Below are positions 34,866 through 47,796 of a DNA stretch of 64,000 nucleotides, one piece after another. Position 1 is the first letter of the stretch. Each line of letters opens with the position of its first letter. The notes under the pieces are model-generated. The model was given only the letters and a program-made list of their open reading frames with translations, made no database searches and had not been told where the DNA came from. The DNA comes from an uncultured virus (IMG/VR IMGVR_UViG_3300024272_000072) (lineage: Duplodnaviria > Heunggongvirae > Uroviricota > Caudoviricetes), in IMG/VR virus record IMGVR_UViG_3300024272_000072; one strand, given 5' to 3'. The position numbers and the translations under genes are program-made.

Positions 34866-36107
34866 ATGTGATTCACAGAAAAAATTAAAAACATAGTCGC
34901 AAAAAGTTTGTGAATAAAGACGAAATCTTTTTGAAGCAATCTTTACAGTCTTTCTTCACTTTTGAGAAACGAATATTCAATTGACATCAATACATATTAT
35001 ATGTTGTATGAATTCAATTGAGACATTCGTCAATGTATTCAGAAAATTGCAAATGCTGTTTCAAGAAATTGAATCTATCTTGAAAACAATCAGAGACAAA
35101 TCATCGATAATAATATTCTGAATGATGAAGTGTTTGATTTGTTCAAAGCACCAACTTTCTTGAAGTGGAAAAAAGATTTATACAGAAATTATATGCTTTC
35201 TGGTGAATTATATATCAAACCAGTCGAGAATGAATCGTGAACAACAATCTGATTTGACATAATTGATTCAAGAATTGTTTCAAAGACAGTGGATCAATAT
35301 TGAGTGATTCAGAATTTCATTCTTCACAGTCAATGAAAAACAGAAATATTGACACCAGACAAACTCGCATATTTCAAACGAGAAACTTCAACAAAGAATG
35401 AAGCAGATTGAATGTGAGTGTTGAACTGATGTGTATATGATTGACTGTCAGACCTTGAAGCACAAAAGACAAATTATTCATTCTATAAAAATTCAGCGAT
35501 TCCGTCTGCATTATTATTGCTTGATGATAATCTTTCAAATGAAGAAATGCAGAACGCAAAAGACCAATTTGAAGCACAATTCAAATGAAGTGAAAATCAA
35601 CACAAAACACTTGTTGCGTGATGAGTGAAAGACATCAAAACGATTTCACTGACACCACGTGATATGGAATTTATCAGTCAGAGACATCTTACAACTGAAA
35701 AAATCTGTGCAGTGTTTGGTGTGCCAAAATGAATCTTGTGATATGTTGACAATATAAATTATTCAAACTGATGAAATCAAGAAAAAGAATTCATCGAATG
35801 AACAATCAGACCACTTGAAACTGATTTCGAACATATATTGAACAGATTGCTTGCGATGTTCAGACCAGATTTATTCAATAAGATTCGAGTCAGAGTTGAT
35901 TGAGAACAGCTTGAAGAATCGCAAGAACGAAAAGAATCTTTGAGAAAAGATGTCGCAAGTTGAATAATGACAGTCAATGAAGCAAGAATTGAAAGATGAT
36001 TCGAGAAGTTGAACGATGAGAACGCAGACAAGTTGCTTGTTTCAAGAAATCTTGTTTTGCTTGAAGATGTTGCACTTGATCCTGTTTTATATTCTGACGA
36101 GACATAA
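34866..36107 (+). CDS. Portal protein, HK97 family
   Basis: Homolog of 2692-3921. Confidence 0.9.
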
Positions 36108-36110
36108 TCA

Positions 36111-36935
36111 ATGAGCGTTTCAGCAGATTACAGAAGACTTCTGAAAAGAGAACTGAAAATCAGAACAATCATTGAAAAGTCTTTCAAGAAACAACGCGAA
36201 TTTCTTGAAGCAAACGTCAAAGAATTATATGAAAATTACAAATACAACATAGAAATCACACGAAGCAGAATGAACAATGAGATTGTGCGTATATACCCAG
36301 AGAAAAAAGACCGATATGATGTTGAAAATGATGAACCGTTGTGATGATTTCGAAAAGAAATGTGAGTTGATGATTTGCTTGAAGATATGAAGCCACAAAT
36401 AAAAAAAGCAGTTGAAAAGTGATACAAGAGAAGTTTCAGATTATTAGAGCCATTGTTGATAGAAAACTGATTCACTTATTACCCAGACGTGATTTCAAAT
36501 TATGCAAACAAACGATGAGAATTGAATCTGTCGAATTACAAATGAGCAATCAGTTTCACAACAAAGCACGATGTAATTGAAATCTTGAAAAATTGAATCG
36601 ATAGCAATCTGACAGTGTCAGAAGTTGCCGACCAGATAAACAAGCTTGATGAAAGATTATTCAGTCAAGCACGTGCGAATACAATTGCAGTGAGTGAAAT
36701 GTGAAGAGCTTACGAATATTGAAACTATATGCCAATCAGTCAATTGAATGATGTGTGAATACAAATGCAAAAAAAACGAGAAACGTGCCACGATTCAAAA
36801 GTGAGACCAGAACACGCAGAATGTGAAGCAGAATGACGAGTCAATCTTGATTATATTTACCCAAGCGTTTGAGTAGATATTGCACCGTGATGACCGAACT
36901 GTCGTTGCACAATGTTGTATCGTAGAGCACCATAG
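36111..36935 (+). CDS. Head morphogenesis (MuF-like) protein
   Basis: KKWETCHDSKVRPEH, PGGPNCRC. Confidence 0.85.
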
Positions 36936-36957
36936 ATTTATATCTTATAATAGAACA

Positions 36958-38265
36958 ATGAAAAAGTTCAAACTTGTGAAAGAAAAGTGATACTTCCAAT
37001 CACTACGAGAAACAAAATCTGTCAAAGAACTTGACGATTGAGCTGTTGAAATTTCGTGATATGCTTCAACGAAAGACAAAGACAGATGATGAGACGTTGT
37101 TGAGCCAAAAGCTTTTGCGTCTGCACTTGAAAGATATATGACAAACCCAATTGTCTTGCTTCAACACAAAACAGATAAACCAATCTGAATCGTTGAAAAA
37201 GCTGACATTGATGATAATTGATTATGGATCAAAGCAAAAATCTCACAGAATACTGATTGAGTTGTTGATTTGATAAAGAATTGAGTATTACGTGCATTCT
37301 CAATTTGATATTCAATCAAAGATTATGAGACAGATGTTCGTGAACTTGCAGATTGAACATATGATATGACAAACATCATCAAAGACCTTGAACTTTATGA
37401 AATATCAGTCGTTTCGATTCCGATGAACCCATACGCACTTTCAAAGAGTGTTCAAGATATGTTTGAAGTTGAAGAAAACGAAGAACAAGCTGATGAAGAA
37501 GTTGCTGATAATGTTGAAGAAGAAAAAGTTGAAGAAACTGAAACAGTTGAAGAAGAAAAATCTGTTGAAAATGATGAAGAAAAGTCAGTTGATGATTGAA
37601 ACGAAAGCGACCAGAATGAAGAAGAAGTTGTTGAATGAGACAATGTTCAAGAAGAAGAAAATTCTGATGAAAATGAAACAGTTGAAGAACGCCCAAACGA
37701 AGAAGTTGAAACAAAAGAGATGAACGAAGAAGAAAACGAGAATGTTGAACATTCGAACGTTGTTGATTTGTGAGCAGAAGAAAATGAAGCTGAAATGCAC
37801 GTTGAAAGTGAAAACAACGAAAACAAAACAGATTCTGATGACGAATCTGTGAATAATGAGTCAGATGAAAATTCTGAAATAAACGATGAAGAATCAGTTG
37901 AAGAAGATTCTGAAAACGCTGTTGAAACACAAGCGAACGATGAAGAAGTTGTTGAAACACACAATGACGAAGTCGTTGAAACAAAATCAATTGAGACTGA
38001 ATCAAAAAAGCAATTCGATTTTGAATCAAAAATTGCACAGCTTTCAAAATCATTTGATGAGAAACTTGCAGAAAAAGATGAAAAAATCAAATCGCTTGAA
38101 TCAAAAGTTGAGACAATGACAAAGCTTTTTGCTGAATCAGTCGAGACTATTGATAGAATGGCGACTGCTGTGAAAAACACACCAGTCAACAGTGGACTTC
38201 AATATAAAAGACCACTTAAAAAATGATGATATTATGACGTAGCGTCAATCATCAAATCTTTATAA
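36958..38265 (+). CDS. Prohead protease-scaffold
   Basis: ISGYASTKDKDR, LLQH, FSIGY, LYEISVVSIPMNP; acidic tail. Confidence 0.9.
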
Positions 38266-38293
38266 TCTATTTATTCTTTAATTTATTTCAAAA

Positions 38294-39394
38294 ATGAAAT
38301 TCAAAGACATCGTTATTGAAGCTAAAAAACAAGCTTGAATCTTCGTAAAAGAAGAAGATGAAAACATCGAAAAGCCAGAAGTTGAAGAAGAAGCAAAAGC
38401 CAATGAAGTGATGAACACTGGTGCAACAAACTTCTGAGCAGAATTGATTCCTACTGATGTAGTTGCTGACCCATTACTTGATATGTTAGGAAACTATTCA
38501 AAATTATTGCCATTATTACCAGGAGACCACGGAAACAATATGGCTGTATCTGAAAGAGTTCCTATCATCGGAGAAGCTGACTTGTTTCAATGAAATTCTG
38601 AATGGACGACTGGTGCTTGAACTCTTACACCAGGAGACCACGGACCAGACACTGACAAAGTGATGATTACACAATGACAATTCATCACAACAGTTGATAT
38701 TTCAAAAAGAGAATTGAGATATGCAACTGACAGACTTGAAGCAATCGTTCGTGAAAGAATCAACAGAGCAGCTGCAAGAACAATCGACGCAGTTATAATC
38801 AACGCCGATGACACAGCTTCTGGATCTGGAAACATAAACTGAACATATTCTTGAAGTCCATATTTCGTGCAACAAGATGACGGAATCAGAAAAGTCGGAA
38901 TTGCAAACACAGGAGTTTCAGTTTGAACAATCACAGCTTGACAATATCTTGCAGTGAAGAACGTTCTTGATACTCGTTATCAATGAGAATTAAAAGACTT
39001 ATTGTTCATCGAGCCTTCAAATGTTTACAACAAGACACTTCTTTTGTCAGAAGTTATTACAGCCGATAAATTCGGACCAAACGCAACAATTTCTGCCGGA
39101 GTTCTTGCAAAGATATTCAGCATTGACATTTTAGTTGCAAGAGACTGGCCTGCACTTACAAATACAAGTGGACTTGTTGACGCAACAGCTTGAAACAACA
39201 CAAAAGGATCATTTGCTTGTGTTTACAAACCAGCAATTCAATATTGATTCTGACAACCACTTGAAATCGAAGTTGGAAAAGTTCTTTGAAAGTGAGTGAA
39301 GATTGTTGCAACAATGGAATTCTGATTCGCAATTGCAAACGAAAAAGCTTGACTTTGAAAGACTGTTTGACTTTGAATCAACGCAACAGTTTAG
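38294..39394 (+). CDS. Major capsid protein
   Basis: Homolog of 6054-7130. Confidence 0.8.
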
Positions 39395-39697
39395 TCAATA
39401 TAATTCAATGGAAGAACGTCAAAAAACGGCGTTCTTCCGAAGAATTTATCTCATATGATATATAAAATGCCAGAAATTAAAAAAGTCCGTGCTATTCTCG
39501 AAGATGAACTTGTTGATTGACAGATAGTGAAGAAGTGAGAAGTTATTGAAACACCACTTGCAGACTATTTGTTGAACGCATACTGAAATCATCGAGAATT
39601 AGTTGAAGAAAATGATTCAAAAGAAGAATCAAAAGAAGAAAAGAAAGCTGAAAAGAAAACAGCAAAAAAGAAATAATTTATCAAGAATCAAATCACA

Positions 39698-40303
39698 ATG
39701 TATTCAACACTTGCAGAATTCAAATCATATCTATGAATAGACGTTTCAGATACAAGTCAAGACACGCTTTTGACAAGTATTTTGAAAACAGCAAATTCAA
39801 AATTGAATCATCTTTGTTGAGTTGATGATTTTGCGAAATGAACATTCAAGCAAACAATCGAATCAAGATGAATCTTTGATACTGCGAGATGACTTGAATT
39901 CTATCTGAAAAACAAGCCAGTCGCAAGTATAGACAAAATGAATTGAACAGCATACAGTTGAACAAAGTGAACTGATTATTTGATAATTTATGACAGACGT
40001 GCAATTTTCAAGAAACTGCAATTGAATGACTGGTGAATGCTTGAAATCGAATATACAGCTTGATTTGAAACAATACCAGATGATTTGAAATTGCTTGAAA
40101 TGATGATTGCGTGTGCAGAATTGCCAGACAGATTGAAAACTGAATATTCAATCTGAATTTCATCATACAAGCTTTGAGATGAACAAATCACGTTTTGAAG
40201 CAAATCGTCAAATTATTGAAAGCAATCGCTGACACCAGATGATATATGTTTCAGTTTCACAGCATTGCTTGACAAATACAAGAACTTTAATTTGCCACTA
40301 TAA
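39698..40303 (+). CDS. Head-tail connector
   Basis: Homolog of 7474-8091. Confidence 0.75.
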
Positions 40304-40311
40304 AAGAAACG

Positions 40312-40614
40312 ATGTGAATTCTTTACAACAAAAAAGCAACATTATATACATATTCAAGAAATGCGAATTGAGTTTCATCGTATTGAAACGAGTGAACATT
40401 GTTCGCTTGCAACATACAGCCATTGAATACAAAAGATTGAATTGAATGAGCTGATTTCTTGAAGATGAAAAAATTGTATTCAGACAAACAGCTGAATGTT
40501 TGAGACAAAGTTGTTTGTGATGATGTTGTGTATATTGTAGATAGAACAGAACATCGAGACTGAACAAAAAGAAAGTTCTTCAAATCATTTATAATTGAAA
40601 GCAATTGAAACTAA
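40312..40614 (+). CDS. Head closure protein
   Basis: Homolog of 8101-8415. Confidence 0.6.
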
Positions 40615-41006
40615 TGGACGTCAAACTTGAATGAGACCGAGACAAACTATTCAAACTGTGAGACAGTGTTTCGTCAGCTGTTCAGCTGATTCTGACAGAT
40701 GTGTGATTGCTGATTCAGAACAGTGCAAAACAAAACGCACCAGTTCGAAGACGTGAGCAATACCCAAACACACCGAGCAATCAGAAAAGAAGATGATGAA
40801 CATTGAGAAAGAGCATTTGAACAGATTTCGATTTCATTCAGAAATGAACAGTTATTGTTTGAAGTGATGTCAAATATGCAAGAGTTCGTGAATATGTGAA
40901 TAATCTAAACCCACACACGAAAAGATATTTGCGAAGATGATACACTGACAACAAGAACGAGATTCAAAAAATTATCAATGAAAATTTATCAAAAGAATTG
41001 AAATAG
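40614..41006 (+). CDS. gp10-like tail-completion protein
   Basis: AKQNAP...GGTLRKSI, VGSDVKYARVRE. Confidence 0.65.
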
Positions 41007-41009
41007 AAA

Positions 41010-41453
41010 ATGACAGCAACATACAGCTTCAAAGAAATTTGAGATACAATATATCAATATATGAATCAAATCAAAGATGAAGATTTGAAGCTTTGAGCTG
41101 TTTTCAATCACGACATCAAAGTCGAGAATTGAATCAGTCTGCCAGCGATAGTTATTACACCAAGCAATTGAGCAGTCAGTCTTCTTGATAGTTGTTCGTA
41201 TGAAAATCAAATCAACTATACTGTCAGACTTTTCGACAGAACGCAGAAAAACTATTCAGATATTGAAGACAATATGAGAATAGTTGCTGATATGGTGCTT
41301 CAAAAGTTGAAACAAATCTGAACAATTACTTGGAATAATAGCAACTGAAAGACTGTGAAATGCGAATTCGATTATGAGCGATGATTCACAGATACACAAG
41401 AGCCATTGCGTGTATTCGAAATCACTTGCAGATTCACATCAGTTGAAGAATAA
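41010..41453 (+). CDS. Tail terminator
   Basis: Homolog of 8756-9208. Confidence 0.55.
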
Positions 41454-41678
41454 GTTTATTTCTTAATTGCAAGAAAATGGCGAGAAAATGCAAGAAATGT
41501 CCAGAAAGAGAAGAAATCACAAATGTTGAGACAACATCTGAAAAGAAGTTCACATTCCCAACATTGTGAATCACAGTTGAAGCGAAGAATCTTGAAGAAG
41601 CATACAAGAAAGTGAAAGCTTTGACTGATTACAAAAACAAATCGATTGACTAATTTTATTCAATAATCAATTATCAAA

Positions 41679-42818
41679 ATGTCAGACGCATTTATCGGTA
41701 GAAAGTCAGCAATATGACTTTGAATAGAAACAACGAGATGAACAGCTGTTCAGCCAGTTGTATGGTTGCCAAAAACAGCGTGAGTTCTAAACCCAACAAC
41801 AGAATCAGCAACAGATGATTCTTGATATGGTGTGATTGATGAAGTATATGATTCTTTCACAACAAAGAACAAGTCTTGAATCAGTCTTGAATGAGTTGCA
41901 AAAAATGATTCTTTGTGATACTTATTCAGACTTGCTTTGTGAGATTATCAAAAATTGAAAGTTTTCAAGTGAACTGTTTCTTGATGAACACCCAAAAGAT
42001 GAGACAGTGTTTCTTGATGAGTATTGAGAAAGATTCTCAAAATCTGAAATACAATATACTATTGCTTTGATTGAAACGTTTCAGCTTGAACAATCACAAA
42101 TTGAACGTGGACTTTGTCAGCAACAGAAGAAAATTCATTCTATGTTCATTTGTTTAGTAGATTGAACAACAACACGCACCCAAGTGCAACAATATATGAT
42201 ATTGACCCAGTTGCTTCATCTTATGCACCTTTCTCAATGATAAACACATTCGAGATTTCTTGCGAAGTTGCTGACTATATGAAATATTCAGTAGAATTTC
42301 AATGAAAACAAATGCAAGCAATCGCAGAATGAAGTGAGCCAACGCCAGCATATTCAAATGAGAAACCTTTCACAGCTTCAATGTCGTGAGTGAGATTCGC
42401 AGATGATGAAGCTTCATTGAATACTGCAACAGAAATCTGTATGCAATCATTCAGAGTTTCAATCAATAAGAATCTGACTGACATTCAATGTTTCGGAAGC
42501 ACAGACGTTGACGCAATATACAATCAACAGTTCGGTGTTGAATGAGATTGTGAAGCTTTGTTCGATGATACGACATTGCGTGATTATGCTTTGAACAGTC
42601 AGAAAAAAGCTGTGAGATTCTATGCAGAAAACAGCACAGATTCAGACTTTTCAGCAATCTATGTTGATTTGTTCAAAGTTTGATTGAATGACTGGACGAA
42701 AACAGACGCAAATAATGATATAATCAAACAATCAATGTGATTCAGTTGACAATATTCAAATGAAGATTGAGCAACAATTGAAATTGTTCTCATCAACTGA
42801 AATTCTGATTGATACTAA
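41679..42818 (+). CDS. Major tail tube protein
   Basis: Homolog of 9456-10598. Confidence 0.75.
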
Positions 42819-42823
42819 TACAA

Positions 42824-42911
42824 CGGCGACTGCTGGCTTTCTTTCTCTTGTGCCGTGTAGTCGCCGAATTCAAACAAGAGATTCTTATTTATTATTTAAT
42901 CACAAGAGAAA
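42824..42911 (+). promoter_or_regulatory. Hairpin/pseudoknot in the tail-chaperone leader, phage B
   Basis: CGGCGACTGC/GTAGTCGCCG stem; loop TTTCTCTTGT complementary to ACAAGAGAAA before the ATG. Confidence 0.6.
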
Positions 42912-43199
42912 ATGAAAGTAAAAATCAATTGAGCTGATGTTGAAGTTGAATTCAAATCAGCATATACAAGATGAGTTGACAAAGAATTTCAAAAAATTCT
43001 TTTCAAAGGTGCAAAAGCGAATACAAGCACAGCTTCAACGCAATGAGTTGAGATGAATGTTGAAAATATTCAAGACGCAAATGATTATCTTGTGAAAGCA
43101 ATGACAAATCTGAATGAAGAACAGATTTCACAGCTTTCAATAAATGATTACAACAAAATTCTTGAAGAAATAGAGAAAATCAAAATACCCAGCAAATAG
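42912..43199 (+). CDS. Tail assembly chaperone
   Basis: Homolog of 10685-10975. Confidence 0.7.
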
Positions 43200-43443
43200 T
43201 GAAGAAATTATCAATCAGTTCATCAAAACATTGAGAAACTGAAAGAATATGACGAAAGAACATCGTGATTTCGTTCTGATAAAAGAATTGTATCACTGCA
43301 CACCAGATGAACTTGATGAACAAGAAGAACGAGTGTTGCAATTACATTTCAAGATGTTGCAAGAAGAAAAAAAGAATGAATATATTGAACAGAAAAGAGC
43401 AGAACAGAAATCAAAAATGAAAGCTTTATCAAATAAGAAATAA
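43189..43443 (+). CDS. Chaperone extension in the +1 frame
   Basis: Homology to 10962-11216 begins upstream of any start codon. Confidence 0.6.
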
Positions 43444-43446
43444 TCA

Positions 43447-45195
43447 ATGGCTGATTCAACACAATACAATCTTTCGTTAGTGATAAAAGCACAGAATGAA
43501 GCAACAAAAGAAATAGAGAAAATCAATTGACAAGTTTCTTCAATCTGAAAAATCGTTTGATGATTAGCAATCAGCAAAACACTTGTGAGCTGAATGAAAA
43601 CCTTTTCAGACGAAGTTTTGACATTGTGATGAAATCTTGAACAAGCCGAAATTGCTTTTTGAACAATGCTGTGAAGTTGAGAAAAAGCACAGAAAATGCT
43701 TGCAGATTTGACTGATTTTGCGAAAAAAACACCATTTGAATTGACGTGAATCAGAGAAAGTGCAAAACAAATGCTTGCGATGTGAATTGACGCTGACAAA
43801 ATGATTCCTACATTGAAATCTTTGTGAGATGTTTCAGCGTGATTGTGAGTTGATTTATCAAGACTTGCTTACAACTTTTGACAAGTGAGAAGTCAGTGAA
43901 GATTGACTTGAACAGAATTGCGTGATTTTACGAAAATGTGAGTTCCTATTCTTTCAGAACTTGCAACAATGCTGTGAACAACTGAAACAGAGATTCAGTG
44001 AATGGTGAGTGCGTGAAAAATCTGATTTGCAGAAGTTGAACAAGCTTTCATCAATATGACAAGTGAATGATGAAAATTTGAAAATCTTATGGAAAGACAA
44101 AGTTGAACATATCAATGAATGCTTTCAAATCTGAATGATAGTTTTGACCACATCAAAGAAACATTGTGAAGAACTTTCATTCCTGTGCTTGAAAGAGTAT
44201 TGAATGCAATCAACCCAATTCTTGATAAATTATCGCAACGAGTTGAAGAAAACCCAGAACTTGCAACAACGATTGCAACTGTTGTTGCTGGTGCAATTGC
44301 TTTCATTTGAGCATTGTCTTGATTGAGTGCAATTTTGCCATTGATTACAAGCTGAATCACATTGCTGACTTGACCGATTTGACTTGTTGCTGGTGCAATC
44401 ACATTGCTTGCAACTGCGTGGATTAAAGACTGGTGATGAATTCAAGAAAAAACACAAGACGCCGTTGAACGTATCGAAAGAATAATATGACCACGACTTG
44501 ATAAGTTGAAAGCGTGGCGAAAAGAACACGGTGAAACTGTGATGATATATGTTGAAGCTGTGATGTGAGCGATTGCAGATACAATCTGAACAACACTTTG
44601 ATTGATTGCGACTGGTATTTCAATGACATTTCAGACGATAGAATCAGCAATTGAACTATTCACAGCAATCTGGAATTGAGACCGAGAAAAAGTTTGAGAT
44701 ATTTGTATGAATCGAGCAATCGAAATTGACAGAATTCTGACTGAATCTTTTTGAGAAACACGAGAAAACATCAAAAAGTGAATTCAGCAATTCTATGACC
44801 GAGTTATTTCAAAATTCAACGCATTGAAAGACGCTGTGATGTCGGTTGTGAATGCTATCAAAGACGCTTGGAATTCTGCAAAAAATTTCGTTTGAGATGT
44901 TTGAAGCTGAATTTCAAATGCGGCCAGTTCTGCACGAAATTTCGTTTCTTCACCGTTCAAAGCTTGATGATGAGATGTATATTGATGACAATCATATATT
45001 GTGTGAGAAAAATGACCAGAATTATTTGTGCCAAAACAAAGCTGAACAATCACACCGACAAATCAAATCACGAACAACAATTGAATCGAAATCAACATCA
45101 ATTGAGCTATCGTGAGAAACGACAATGACATCAAAGCAATCGCTGATGAAATCATTCGTCAAGTGAAGCTTGAAAAAAACTTTTGAATTGCTTAA
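43447..45195 (+). CDS. Tape measure protein
   Basis: Homolog of 11219-12973. Confidence 0.9.
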
Positions 45196-45205
45196 TCAAT
45201 AAAAA

Positions 45206-46018
45206 ATGACAACAATCATCAATTGAAGACTACTATGACAATGAAACAACGCAATCATAATGACTTGAAATGCGACGTTTTCATTCAATTGATATAATCT
45301 GGCGAACTGAACAACAGTCAGAGTTGTGAGTTGCAATTCTGATGATTTGTGAAAAGTTGATTTCGAAACATTCAACTATGCAATGCAAGATTGATGATGA
45401 GTATTGTGAAGATATTTCAGAACACACACAATCAATATTTGATTGAGTATCACAGAAGAAACACACGAGAAACTTCTTGCACTTATGGACGAAATCAAAT
45501 ATCAGTGTTCTGCTGTTCAATGAGCATTGAGAATCAAGAGTTGAGATGTTGTGCGTGAACGAACTGCAACTTGCACATCAATCAAATTCAATCGTGCTTC
45601 ATATAATGTGAATCGATTGTGATGAGTTCAACTGACATTTCAAGCAGTCAACCCACATTCACACAGCTTGAAACCTTTGTCTTTGAATATCACAAGTCAG
45701 ACTTGATTATACAAATATTCAATCTGATATTTATGACGTGCAACAGCATATTTCACGCTGAATATGGCGATTGAAACAGCTTGAACATATTCAATCTATG
45801 TGAAAATAAACTGATTCAAGATTCAATTGCCGAGTAGAGCATATTCAGTTTGAGATATTGTGAAAATCGATTGAACAACAAAAAAAGCAACAGTGAATGA
45901 CAATGAAGTTGAATACAATTGAAGTTTCAGACCTTTGGAATATTGAGACAACCCACTTGAAATATATTATTGATGAACATATACTGCGACTTTATCTTAT
46001 TATGAAAACTATCTATAA
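45206..46018 (+). CDS. Distal tail protein
   Basis: Synteny; LTFQAVNP. Confidence 0.65.
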
Positions 46019-47022
46019 TGAAAACTTATGTTGTGAAGACTTACAATGTCGATTGAACTTACAAAGAGACAATCAACCCAAACAGCATTTTGAATGAGAT
46101 TTCTTTTTCAGCTTGACTGAATCAATGACAATGACAATTGAGCATTCAGACTGATTATAAATTCGCAGATACATCATACAAATGATGAGAATATGTGAAA
46201 GTTCGATTGTATGATGAAAAGCACGTTGACTGAAAACAGATATATTTCTGATATATTTCAAGAATAGAAAGAAAAGCAGATGAAAGCCGTGAATATACAA
46301 CATTCACGTGTCTTTGAGTTTGAAGTCTGTTGAAGTCTATCATATACACGAATTGAAGCTATTCACAGACTTGTGCAAATATGATGAAAACAATCAGAAC
46401 ATTCTTCAACACATACTATGCGAACATCATTTCAGAATGAAGCATTTCTGAAACTGTTGCAACAACACAAAACCGAACACGAAATCAGAATGATTGTTTT
46501 GAATGTTTCAATACAATCGCAGAAGCTATCTGATACAAATGGACTGTTGATTGAGAATGAAATCTTGATTTGTTTACACCAAGCACAAGAACAAAGCACA
46601 TTGTTCATCTGTGAGAAGAAGTGAATTCAATCACAGTTTCAAACAGTGTTGAAGAACTTGTGAATGAATATAGACTTGCAAGAAACTGATGAACTATTCA
46701 AACTTATACTGACGCAACTTCAATTTCAGATTTTTGAAGAAAGATGAAATATGAAAGCAATACAAGTCTGAATAGTGCAACAACACAGAATGAATATTGA
46801 AACGCATATATTCAGCAATACAAAAACCCACTTCAATCAATTCAACTCGTATTGAATAGTGAATATGCGTATGAAGACATCAAGCCGTGAGATTTGATTT
46901 CAGTATTGAATACAGATTTGACGACATTGAATGATTTGATAATCAGCAAAATTCAATACAAAACAGACCAAGCGACAATCACGATTGAACATCAAGACAC
47001 GTTGCGAAACGTTCTGAAATAA
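46018..47022 (+). CDS. Baseplate hub/Tal-like protein
   Basis: Homolog of 13834-14838. Confidence 0.6.
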
Positions 47023-47046
47023 TTTATTTCGTAATTTATCAAAACA

Positions 47047-47499
47047 ATGGCTTTTGTGAACTACAAGACAGAAAACAATGTATATTCATATCTTGCAATT
47101 GCATTGAGTTCAGACGCAACAACAATGCAAGTGAATGATTGAGATATATTCCCAGTGAATTGACCTTTCATCTGCACACTTGAACACTATGACGATAATT
47201 GAAACTGTGTGAAAAGAGAAATCATCAAATGCACAGAAAGAGATTGAAACACATTGACGATTGTGAGATGATTTGAAACTTGCGTTGCTGATGATACAGC
47301 CAACCCAAAAACATTGCAACAATCACCATTCAATTTTGTTGCGTGAGATTCTGTTTCACTTACATTGACAAGTGAACTTGTTTCTGACATTCAGAACGAA
47401 ATCACAAGACAATTAGACAATTTGAATATTGCACAATGTTGTATTGACGCAACTGAATGCAGAATATGTGATATTGAAACTTTTATCAATAATTTGTAA
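47047..47499 (+). CDS. Tail-fibre anchor domain protein
   Basis: Homologous to the N-terminal about 125 aa of 14874-17366 (TLEH, REI.K, CV.DDTA). Confidence 0.65.
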
Positions 47500-47505
47500 T
47501 AGAAA

Positions 47506-47796
47506 ATGGCGATAAATGACTGAAATTTCACAACGATTTGTCCGTTAGCATATACAGACATCGAAGTTCACTATTGCAAAGGTTGATGATTTATGACTTG
47601 CCGACAATGAGTTGATAATCTATGAAATCAGCTTCAATGATGAGAAGTGCGTTTGTTCAATGACAACCCAACAGACGTTCAAGCACCATTGATTTGATGA
47701 TATGAATTCGACCACCGAGAATTCACAGATTCAAATTGATGTCGTCAATGCGTTTCTGACAACCCTATTTCTTTACTTACTTGTAGAACTTCATAA
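47506..47796 (+). CDS. Small Cys-containing tail-region protein
   Basis: Open frame in the recoded code. Confidence 0.5.
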
